Below are positions 36,909-46,400 of a stretch of 64,000 bases of DNA, piece after piece. The notes under the pieces were generated by a model. The model saw only the letters and a list, made by a program, of their open reading frames with translations. It was not told the origin of the DNA and did no database searches. The DNA is taken from IMG/VR virus record IMGVR_UViG_3300032270_001615, positions 22,852 through 86,851 of that record. One strand, written 5' to 3'. Both the position numbers and the translations under genes were made by a program. The stretch comes from a virus (taxonomy: Duplodnaviria; Caudoviricetes). The first letter of the stretch is position 1, and each line of letters begins with the position of its first letter.

Positions 36909-38920
36909 TCGCCCTTGCTGATAATTGTGCGAAGCATCTCTTCTGAGCCTTTTAGGGCAGAGATTCTTTGATTGAATATTTTAAGAACAATATTAAGGTG
37001 GATCTTTTCACCCTCCGAAAGAGCTCCGTCTCTATACAACTTGCTCTTAAAACCGCTTACGCTAAAGGATCTTGCTTTTTGAAGCAGCTGCTGGTATATC
37101 CCAATAAATTGTTGACGCTTTAACTCTTGCAAGGACTGCGCGTATGCAGATATCTGCGCGGCTCGTTTTTTATCCCAGAATTCATCGGCAGATATTTTTG
37201 AACGTTTTGCAATTTCAATATCGCTCAATGCAGTCAAACCAGATGTTGAGTTTGAAAGAACTGCAAGTTTGGTTGCTTCGTCTCTTGAAACGCCAACTAT
37301 TGAGCCTGGATCTCTAAGCCTTTGATCAGTAACCCAGTCGGATATCATCAGTCTGGCAACATCAGCTGCGCTAAAGTCGTTAAACTTCGCAGACCTATTC
37401 ATCGTTGATCCAGATAGGTAGCTGGTTGGATCTTGCTTCATAAACTTTCTTGAATCGCCAACCTCAATGCCTACTACGTCACCGGAAACGAGTCCCATGT
37501 GCTCTTGGAATGCGGCAGCAAGAGACTCTCCAATAAACTGGTACTTAGCAGGCTTTTCGTTGATTACAAATCGTTTTTTATCTTTCATTTCAATCAGTGA
37601 TTGATTATTGTTAATCTTCTTTATCTTTGAAGCGTTTGCTTTTCTTAGGGCTTCGCTTCTTATCTCCATCGAAATATTAGATAGATCACCACCGCTATTA
37701 ATTGACTGGATGGCGTTTTCCAGGTTCGTTATAAGCTTACCGCCAGTTTCCTCGGCAACTGTTTGGGTGTTAGGCATCTTTGGTTCAGTAGATCTTGAAG
37801 ATGGCTTTCCTGAAAATGCTTGTTCTACTGTTCTTGATCGCTTGAGAGATTCGCTGTAAAGAATTCCGTCGCCCGTCTGTGTCGCTACCTCTTTTAATCT
37901 TGCAGCGTAATCTGTAGAGTTTGATATATCAGCGGCCGAATTTACTGTTCTGCCAAGCTTTCTTCTTTCACCAACTGTCAATGGTCTCTTTTTTTCAAGA
38001 GAAAGAGTTGAACCATCTGGGAGAACGTACTTCAATGACGTAACACCTGTGTTAGAAAGCATTCCAAGTTCTTCACCGCCAAGCATGTTTCGCGAAGATA
38101 CATTCATCAAAAATGTTGCACCTTCCATGTCTCTGTTGTCTGGTATTGCGCGCAGAACGGAAGGCGGAACAACTGGCTCTAAAACATACCCGTCTCTTCT
38201 TACAAGTCTTGTGGTTGGTTCTTTTATTGAACCAAGTTTTGATACAAGAGCATCAACTTCGAGTTTTAGCTTTTTTGGATTTGCAAACGAAACCTTTGGT
38301 ATATCTGGCCTTCTTGATAAAACTGGATTCCCCTGCTGTGCTCCGCCAAGCGCAGTAACGTTTGTGTCAGGCGTAACGGCTCTGGCAACTCTTCTTAGTT
38401 TTCTAATAGCGCCTATTGCCAAACCAAGTGGTCCTGCGGTAACAAACAATTGCTGACCGCACGTTGAGTACTTGTTGTCAGTAAATCTTCCGCCATATTG
38501 ATAACCTTCTGGGCACCTTGATTGAGTTCTGTCGGATGTAACTGAACCGAGTGCGCCACCTATCGATGGTAATCCAGGTCTTCCTGGAGTTAGTATGCGC
38601 GACACCGCTGAGCGACCAGGACTGGCAATCGTGCTTATATTCCCGGGCAGAGCGGTGGTGCCGATTGTTTGTGCGGCCTGGCCGATTGGGTTATAGCTTC
38701 CCATTGACCCAACTTTTTTAACGTTGTAGTTTTTGGTGAATCCATTACGTTTAGCAAGGGCCTTGTACGAAATTATGTTTTCGCTTATAGCGCCACATCC
38801 GCGTATCAGTCTGTGATTTGATTTTGTAGAAAGATCAGCGACTATGACGCGAGCTTTTACTACAGTGGTTGATCCACAGCACTCGGATTTCTGTTCAAAA
38901 ACAACATACTTATGATTCAT
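36905..38920 (-). CDS. ~670-aa protein with RCPxG tag and degenerate kinase-like C-terminus
   Basis: RCPEGYQYGGRFTDNKYSTC; GESLAAAFQEHMGL...SDWVTDQRLRDPGS; start placed at ATG 38920. Confidence 0.7.
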   Translation of the reverse strand: MNHKYVVFEQKSECCGSTTVVKARVIVADLSTKSNHRLIRGCGAISENIISYKALAKRNGFTKNYNVKKVGSMGSYNPIGQAAQTIGTTALPGNISTIASPGRSAVSRILTPGRPGLPSIGGALGSVTSDRTQSRCPEGYQYGGRFTDNKYSTCGQQLFVTAGPLGLAIGAIRKLRRVARAVTPDTNVTALGGAQQGNPVLSRRPDIPKVSFANPKKLKLEVDALVSKLGSIKEPTTRLVRRDGYVLEPVVPPSVLRAIPDNRDMEGATFLMNVSSRNMLGGEELGMLSNTGVTSLKYVLPDGSTLSLEKKRPLTVGERRKLGRTVNSAADISNSTDYAARLKEVATQTGDGILYSESLKRSRTVEQAFSGKPSSRSTEPKMPNTQTVAEETGGKLITNLENAIQSINSGGDLSNISMEIRSEALRKANASKIKKINNNQSLIEMKDKKRFVINEKPAKYQFIGESLAAAFQEHMGLVSGDVVGIEVGDSRKFMKQDPTSYLSGSTMNRSAKFNDFSAADVARLMISDWVTDQRLRDPGSIVGVSRDEATKLAVLSNSTSGLTALSDIEIAKRSKISADEFWDKKRAAQISAYAQSLQELKRQQFIGIYQQLLQKARSFSVSGFKSKLYRDGALSEGEKIHLNIVLKIFNQRISALKGSEEMLRTIISKGE

Positions 38921-38921
38921 T

Positions 38922-39578
38922 TTATCCGCAGCAACCTTTAACATTTGGGTCAAAATCTACTGAAATCTCATTGCCGTCTTCGTCTTCTCCAACGTGTTCC
39001 CAGTTTGAATTGTCTCTCAAGTACGAGGCAAATTCTGGTTCCATTTCGATGAAGTCTTTCATTACCAACATTCCGTGAACGAAGTCATCATTTGTCACAA
39101 CTGGTCTTGTGTCTTCAATTTCTCGCCAGTTTTTAGTTGAAAAAAACATGTCGTCATCAAGGCTCTTCCCAGGAGACATGCTAGCAAGACGTGCATTTGG
39201 TGGATTGATTGGCCTATTTAGTCTTGCCGCAAACTCTCGGCCAGTCCATTCATTTTTTTTAAGCTTCTTCAATTTGTTGCGACAATTTTTCATCGTTGGA
39301 TGATGGCAACCTTCGTTTGGCCAAAGTCCGGTTGTTTCGTGATGAAGCCAAGCGCATATGTTCTCAAGGGGGTAAAGTTCTGGATGGTTAGCGAGAATGA
39401 CGCGACACCTTCTGAAACCTCCGTCTTTAAGCATGATTGGACGCCAGTAACGAAGAAGTCTTTCCAAGTTTCCTCTTCTCATTCCAGGACTACTACCGCC
39501 AGCTCCAGGCTTGTTTGGAGTCACGTCTCTTTGAGCAAGGCCTCTAGCGCTTGCTTTTTCTTCGAACATCTCATCCAT
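38922..39578 (-). CDS. conserved actinophage head-module protein
   Basis: LERLLRYW...GGFRRC...ICAWLHHETTGLWP motif, recalled from actinophage capsid-maturation regions. Confidence 0.65.
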   Translation of the reverse strand: MDEMFEEKASARGLAQRDVTPNKPGAGGSSPGMRRGNLERLLRYWRPIMLKDGGFRRCRVILANHPELYPLENICAWLHHETTGLWPNEGCHHPTMKNCRNKLKKLKKNEWTGREFAARLNRPINPPNARLASMSPGKSLDDDMFFSTKNWREIEDTRPVVTNDDFVHGMLVMKDFIEMEPEFASYLRDNSNWEHVGEDEDGNEISVDFDPNVKGCCG

Positions 39579-39915
39579 CTGATTTTTTCCTGTCTTTAGA
39601 TTCTTTTATGAATCTGTTGAGAACTTCTAGATCGCCATCCCTAAATGGATTGCCTGAAATGCTACCTAGCAAATATTTTTGCATTTCTTCAAACAAGTCG
39701 AGTCGCTTTTCGGCATACGGGTCTTTTCCGTAATACCATATTCGCAGGTTTCCAATGAACTGATCGGTAGAATCAGAAGATTTTTTTGCTGGATGCGGGA
39801 GTCCAAATATTTCTATCGACTTCTTTACATCTTCGTTGTTTTCAATAACAAAATCATTTATACCGCTGAGCATGGATTTAAGTTCTTCAACAGATTTTAC
39901 TGTTTCATTTGACAT
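39571..39915 (-). CDS. small hypothetical protein
   Basis: 114 aa abutting the stop of the 1050-aa gene. Confidence 0.65.
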   Translation of the reverse strand: MSNETVKSVEELKSMLSGINDFVIENNEDVKKSIEIFGLPHPAKKSSDSTDQFIGNLRIWYYGKDPYAEKRLDLFEEMQKYLLGSISGNPFRDGDLEVLNRFIKESKDRKKSDG

Positions 39916-42900
39916 TTATCTATCTTTCGGAAGATCAGCTGAACCAAGGTTTAGTTCTGCCCCTGGCTCATACCAGGATAACAGCTTTTTAAGAACTTCA
40001 ATTTCTCGCTTATTCAACTTCCGGGAAAGTATGGTTCCTGAAGAATCTCTTTCTGCTGAATAGAGAGAGAGCCTCAAGGCGGCTATCACCGCTAATTCAG
40101 AGAACAATTCCACCCTGTTTTCTCCCCATTCAGATCGCAGCCACTCTGCAATTGGGAAGTTTGTAAGGGTGGACATATAAGAAGCCTGAGGGGAGCCGCC
40201 TCCGTATTTGGCGATATTCTCCGCAATACGTATTTCTTCAGGTGTTAGGTCATCGTACGTGTGTCTACCTATTGCGGTGAGCGTGAATATCAAGCCAGCA
40301 TTTTTGCTTGTTGAATAATCCTGCCTATCTCCAGAAATTGAGATTATTGCTCTGGTTAGCGCTTGGTCAATGAGTTGAGCGGCAGCATTTGGGCTTGCGT
40401 CAAGCGGGTTTGGTACCTGCGTACCCGAGAATGTGTCGCTTATGGACAGCGAATCAAATAGATTGTTGACTCTCTCAAGCATGCTTTCGCTTGCCGCAAA
40501 TGGGTCAGGATGCCCAATCTGGTTTACCAGTCCAAGCCTCCTAATTGCCTCAACCATCTTCGCTCGTGTTTCAACGGAAGCAACATCAGAAATGAAAGAG
40601 AAATTGTTCTGAATCGCCATGTTTAGCAAGGAAAGATCTTCTCTCATTTTATTAAACTCAGGAGAGCCTTGATGCATGAACGAATTGACACCTACTTCTG
40701 GGTCAAATGAACCGTCCTTGAATACTCTTCTATTACCGTAGACCATTCCAAGTGCCACAAAGTCCAAAAGATCTCTTACCTTCATCGCGGAGCCAACTGG
40801 AGTTCTTGGGACTATTCCTTGATCCAGAGCATCGGCCATGTCCCTTGAGGAAATTGACTGATTTCTTAGGAGCTCAAGAGTTCTGAACATTTCTCTGCTC
40901 ATTGGTATTTCTTTACCGTTTTTGTCTAAAACGCTTTCTTTGAGTCTGTCTTGAGATTTGGACATAATCGCGTTCATGACTGAGTCCAGTGCTTGAAGCT
41001 GTGATTGTGCAGCGGCAACAAGTGCAAGGTCTCCGTTCGCTGCAGCTACTCTCGCAGCCTCTTTTATGTCCTCTTGTGTTATTTCGTAATAAGAAATAAG
41101 CCAACTTACAGGATTTATGTCAGGACCGGTAACTGGGTCAACCTGAAAAGATCCGTGCATTCCTGCCATTAAGTCGCTCAAGGTTCTTGCTGACTGCCTA
41201 TCCAGTAGTCCTTCAGCTATCTTCCTTTCAACGTTTTTTGAACCAGCACCATGGGCTAAGTGCCACGTGTAAAATGGGAACAGTTCGGGACCAGAATACT
41301 TTAATAATTTTTCTAAGTCTTTTTCTCCTGTGAAAAATGACCCACTTAATTCAGTTTGAATTTTAGTGAATTCATCCTGCAAAGCCCTAACAACATCCCT
41401 GTCTGATGGTCCTGCGGAGACAATGTCGGTTATTTCGCGCAACCTATCGTGCATTGCTTGATATTTTTTGACGTGTGCATCACGGGCTTTTGTTGCAGCT
41501 TTAATGGCGTCTTGGTAGGCCTTTTCCTGATGAGCAGCGTGACCGGTCTCGTGGATCATCACCGCGCGCATCATGGCTAGTTTTGCTTCTTCGACTCTTT
41601 CGTCTAAATCTTTTGGGTTTTGAGCAACAAGATTTGACATGCTTTTTTCAAAGAGCTCTCTCAATGTTTCGTATTCTTTTTGCAACTGCTCGGTGACCGT
41701 GTCGTTTATTTCTGCGGATTTTCTTCGATCAATCTGGTCTGCTAGTTCCGTGAACTTTTTGTAGTCCGGATCGTCCGATTGCTCAAAAAGATAGGCAGCG
41801 GCAACCCTGAGACTGGTCAGGTCGTATGCCGCAGAGTCAAACGTGCCCTGCTGGTACCTTCCGCCATTTCTAATTCTTCCACCGCGAACCCTGGCTGCTT
41901 TACTCATTTCATCTGCATACCGGATTGTGTGTCTTGCTGATCTTGTTCTTCTATCATCCATTCGCTGTGTGTTCGGATCAACGGCTGGAGGCCTTTCGCT
42001 TATCTCAAAAATCTTCCTTCCGCTGGCACCAAAAATTGGCGGCCTCATGCTCTGCGATCCTTGAGCGGTTTCGTTTATGTCTGATTTTTGGAAACTAATT
42101 TCAGCTTCTTTTAAGTGTGGTGCAACACGGAGTCCGTGTGCAATTCCGAGAAACAATGCGGATTCGTATGGTGAAAGATTGTCCGTGTCGTTCTTATTAT
42201 CCAAAAAGTCAATATTCGCTTTTGGTGCGATTTGTGAAAGAACCTTCTTGGCGTCTCCAACCGAAGATATTTTTTTGCCATCGTTATAAAGATTGTTTAT
42301 TTTGTCTTCTTGTTTTTTGAATTCGGCATCTATGACTGCACTGGACCTATCAATCCATCTTGTCTTTTTTCTAGAATCTCCAGCCGGATCAAAAAAATGA
42401 AATCTAGAAGAAAACGCTCTCGCTATTGAGCCTATTGACTGTCTTTTATTATTTTTTTTTTGACTTTCTAAAATGTCATTGCCAGATGATGCGTTTGTAG
42501 ATGGGACGTCTGGGACCTTGCCTGGGGCCGCTGGTCTTGCGAACTGCGTTCCTTCTTGAACAAAACCGTCCATATCAGCGTCAACCGCATCTGGATCAAA
42601 AGTCGCTCCTGCCCTGAATCCACGTATTCTGCCGGTTGCTCTTTCTGCACCGTCACCAATTCTTTGCCCCAGCTTCCTGAACACGCTTTTTTCGTCAGGA
42701 GTAGAAAGTGATGTTTTGAAATCTATGGCTCGGTTAGTTGTTTTTTCTATTTTTAATCTTCTATTAAAGATGTCGTTTCTTATTACGACGCCCTTGAGTA
42801 GTGATTCGTCAACTGAAAATCTTTTAGCAACAAAACAGCTGTGCCAATAGGCCTTATCCTGGCCGACACCCTCGCTCCACAGGGTTTCATGGAACTTCGT

Positions 42901-43068
42901 ATTTGTGATTTGTATCAACGATTCAGAAGACTTCACAGTAGGCCAAAAGTCCACCAGTTTAGATTCTCCGTTTTCGGAAGTAATCACGCCATCGTTAAAT
43001 CGCGTCGTTGAGTCGACTATGTAGTAGAGGCGTTTGCCTTCTAGATTTGCTACAAGTACGGCTTTCAT
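39916..43068 (-). CDS. 1050-aa tagged protein, HExxH metallopeptidase-like
   Basis: DPDA tag; MIHETGH; distal ELFSEL. Confidence 0.7.
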   Translation of the reverse strand: MKAVLVANLEGKRLYYIVDSTTRFNDGVITSENGESKLVDFWPTVKSSESLIQITNTKFHETLWSEGVGQDKAYWHSCFVAKRFSVDESLLKGVVIRNDIFNRRLKIEKTTNRAIDFKTSLSTPDEKSVFRKLGQRIGDGAERATGRIRGFRAGATFDPDAVDADMDGFVQEGTQFARPAAPGKVPDVPSTNASSGNDILESQKKNNKRQSIGSIARAFSSRFHFFDPAGDSRKKTRWIDRSSAVIDAEFKKQEDKINNLYNDGKKISSVGDAKKVLSQIAPKANIDFLDNKNDTDNLSPYESALFLGIAHGLRVAPHLKEAEISFQKSDINETAQGSQSMRPPIFGASGRKIFEISERPPAVDPNTQRMDDRRTRSARHTIRYADEMSKAARVRGGRIRNGGRYQQGTFDSAAYDLTSLRVAAAYLFEQSDDPDYKKFTELADQIDRRKSAEINDTVTEQLQKEYETLRELFEKSMSNLVAQNPKDLDERVEEAKLAMMRAVMIHETGHAAHQEKAYQDAIKAATKARDAHVKKYQAMHDRLREITDIVSAGPSDRDVVRALQDEFTKIQTELSGSFFTGEKDLEKLLKYSGPELFPFYTWHLAHGAGSKNVERKIAEGLLDRQSARTLSDLMAGMHGSFQVDPVTGPDINPVSWLISYYEITQEDIKEAARVAAANGDLALVAAAQSQLQALDSVMNAIMSKSQDRLKESVLDKNGKEIPMSREMFRTLELLRNQSISSRDMADALDQGIVPRTPVGSAMKVRDLLDFVALGMVYGNRRVFKDGSFDPEVGVNSFMHQGSPEFNKMREDLSLLNMAIQNNFSFISDVASVETRAKMVEAIRRLGLVNQIGHPDPFAASESMLERVNNLFDSLSISDTFSGTQVPNPLDASPNAAAQLIDQALTRAIISISGDRQDYSTSKNAGLIFTLTAIGRHTYDDLTPEEIRIAENIAKYGGGSPQASYMSTLTNFPIAEWLRSEWGENRVELFSELAVIAALRLSLYSAERDSSGTILSRKLNKREIEVLKKLLSWYEPGAELNLGSADLPKDR

Positions 43069-43481
43069 AGTTTATTAAACCCGATTTTCTTAGAGGGCTT
43101 TACAACCCCAGATCTACGTGCCCCACGGCGAGACATTTTGCTTATGTCAAGATTATCAGTCTTCTGTTCTGCCTGTTTGATGAGTTCAGCAACAGAGAGG
43201 GTGCTTGTGCCCTTCATTAGTTCTGGTTTGATATTTATTCGCTTGTTGAAAAACATGTCTGCCCAGTCTTCAGTGTCTTCCATATGCCATATGAGTTTCT
43301 GTAATTTACTGTTGGTCATACGGTCAATTCCAGGCTCCTTGGAGACATATCCATAGAATCCTGTTTTTTGACCAGACACAAGACAGTCAAGCGATTTGCC
43401 AATTGGGTTGAGAATGAAATATATGACGTGTCCGTCAGATGTCTTGCCCACGGGGACACAGAGCTCTTCTTCTTTTTTCAA
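43065..43481 (-). CDS. small hypothetical protein
   Basis: 138 aa, 4-nt overlaps at both ends. Confidence 0.65.
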   Translation of the reverse strand: MKKEEELCVPVGKTSDGHVIYFILNPIGKSLDCLVSGQKTGFYGYVSKEPGIDRMTNSKLQKLIWHMEDTEDWADMFFNKRINIKPELMKGTSTLSVAELIKQAEQKTDNLDISKMSRRGARRSGVVKPSKKIGFNKL

Positions 43482-46400
43482 AAGTCGATCCTCTCAAGTG
43501 GTTTATCTTTTGACTTTTGGCTATCAAGAAGTTTTTGTATTTCTTTTTTCATACCTTCAACAATTCGACCTCTAAGTATCTGTTCTACGGTCATGCCAGG
43601 CCTATAACCAGAATACAGGCTTGCGTCCATGAGGTCCACGCCATTCCTGTTTACTCTCATTATTCTTCCCTTGAATCCCTTTTCTTGTAGCTGTCTCAAC
43701 ATTCTCGTATGGTTTAGGTGAGCGGCCAAATCGCTTATGTCTTTCATCGGAAACATCATGATTCCTGAATCTCGGCGATACTGACTGGCTTCTCCTTTTT
43801 CCAGGAACGTTTCTAGGAAAGGAGCAACAATAGCCATCTCTGATTCGGAAAGATTCAATGCCTCGATAAGAGATTTATCAATGATTTGAGAACGTGTTTC
43901 TGGATTGTGGAATGACATGTCGCTATGACTGACTCTGATCTCAGAGACATCAGATGCATCGAAGCTTCCGGCGATAACTGCTTCGTGGTAAATGTTTCTT
44001 ATGTCGTTTTTTGCATGTTCAAGGCGGGCGGTGTATTTATAGTTTTGTTCCAACATTGATCTCAGCAAGGATATGTTTTGTGCCTGCATATTGGAGCTGT
44101 CGTGATGAATTGGTGCTGCCAATGACATCAGTATTCTTTCTGGGTCGGTTTCTTCAAGCATTGACGGGTTGTGCCAGCCGTTGAGACTGTCGCCACCGGT
44201 TATTGCTGTTCTATGAGCAACGTCATCATTGAGGATCATTTCTATGCCTCCGTACACGCCGACTCTATTGCCGAATTCACTGGATTGAGAGTAGCTGTCC
44301 CAGTCGAAGAATTCTCCCAGAATCGGGCTATCGCCGCTAGCTGCAATTTCGGATCTTCCATGTTCCTCAACAGATGCTATTGAGTCTTTGTGCAGTACGT
44401 AGCCACTTGCCGGCCTGAGTTCATCCGGGGTGCTTGATGGAATACCGAATTGCACCTCGGCATTTTTGCGATCATGGGATTGCGAGTGCTCTGAGCGTAT
44501 TCCCTCGTCGTGGGTTGTCTTGTAAACGCCAGACTCGGCAAACCTGCGTAGGTATGGGGACTTTACTCTAACCCTGACCCTTCTGTCGATCCCTGCATTG
44601 AACTGAAGAGCGGCAGTTTTAAGGTCTTCCATCAACTCCTCGTTTGTACGAGAATTTATGTGGTCAACCACTGATTGAGGTAGGACCGCAAAGAAATTGT
44701 TAAAACTTATTTGTCGGTTCGTGGCTTGCTTCATTCGCCATTGCCTGTCTTCGTCTGATCGAGGTGATTGAGCGGAAGAGTCGGCCACCCCTCCGTATAC
44801 CCTGTCTTCTTGTGTAAAAAATTCTTCGCCTCTGGATTTTGCGCGTATTGCATCAAATGTCTCAAACGTAGATTTTCTGTGTAATGCAACTCGTTTTTCA
44901 TAAGGTATTGAGACTCGACCAAAATTAACCTGATCTTCTGCATCTAGTGCTTCTTGTGATAACGGTTGAGCAAATTTTGCTCCAGCACTTTCTAGGCTCT
45001 GCATTATTCTTTTTGTCTTGTCTGATTCCGGTTGAATCTCAGACTGAGAAACAACATCATCTGCCTGTCTGTAGGAAGCAGCTTCTTCCTGGTACTTTTC
45101 GAATCCAGTTTTAGTTGATTTTGGTTTTTCTCTGGATGAGGAGAAACCTCTTATTCTTGTCTTTTTTTCTTTTTGGTGCTGCTGAAGGGCGGTTTTTGCT
45201 ACTGCAACCTCAGTCTTCTCAGCTTCATTGAGATTTTCTCCAACTCCTTCAATGAGTTCAGTCATTTGTTCTACTGGATCTACATGGTTTTGTTCGTCTA
45301 CTGAAACATAAACAGTTCCATCTTCGCCTATGTATTCAACCTTTAGTCTGGTTGGCGGCATTGTAATTGCCGTTGTGTGTATTGATGGGTCGTCTCCGAC
45401 AACATCAGGTATTCCCTTGTCTGTCTCATGAGCAAGAATTACTACTTTTGCAGATCCGTCTGTTCCAACGGGAACGGCCTCTTCTGGTGCCTGGGGGAGA
45501 CCGTCAAGAACATCCTTGTCGGCCTGAGTAAACATCTCAGGGTTCTTTGACCTGCTTCGCTCAACGGTTCTTCTCAAGGCATCCCATTGTTTTAGCGTGA
45601 GCGTTCCCCTATCGTCGAATTGACCAACAACGGATCGAACAAAGTCGTTGTCAATCTTGCGTGCATCACGTATCAAGTCGGTTGCATCGTCTGGCGCTTT
45701 TACGGAAGGTCGTCTTCTCTGCGGGTAGTACGGTTCATCGTCTACGGGCTCGTCCCATTCGATCCATGATCCGGAACGAGTCATTCGCCAGTATGTTCCG
45801 TTCGCATCGCGTTGCATGCCGCCCGCTCGCTGTTGTTCTATCCACTGGTCGCGAGGGATAAATCTTCTTGACGAGAAGCCGATTGCTGAATCCATGATTT
45901 CCGAATCAGAAGACAAAACATCAGACCTAAAGTGATTAGGGATATCAATTATGTCTCCCTCGTTGAGTGTGATTCCGTTCTCTGGAGATACTCGAAGGTT
46001 CATCTGTGTTCTGTATGATTGCCCAAGTTGATTTCTTGACAAAACATTGTTAAAAGGAATTATAAAATTATTTATAAGATTTTCTATTTCCTTTTTGTTG
46101 TCTGTTAAATCAGCATCTTTATTTTTGCCAAATTTTTTCTTGTAAACAGAGTTTCTTATCATTGTCTCTATTTGCTCTGTTGTGGTTGGTATTGAAACAG
46201 ATGAAATATTCTTGGTTGCTTCAATGACTGCTGCTCTCTCCGACTCTCCAAGCGAGCTAAGGAGCGTGTTTCTAGCGGATGTTAAGTGATTAATTGACTG
46301 TTGTCTTGTTTCTTTGACGAATCCTTCTTTCCCTAATACATCTCGCAATGGTCTTCTTCTGGAAGGAAATCCGGCAGCTTTCTGAATATCAACATCATCC

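Noticed and set aside
39916-43481. Similarity among the N-termini of the 138-, 1050- and 1454-aa proteins (xVxV..G..xY[YF]I)
   Set aside because: Too short and degenerate to claim homology without an alignment.
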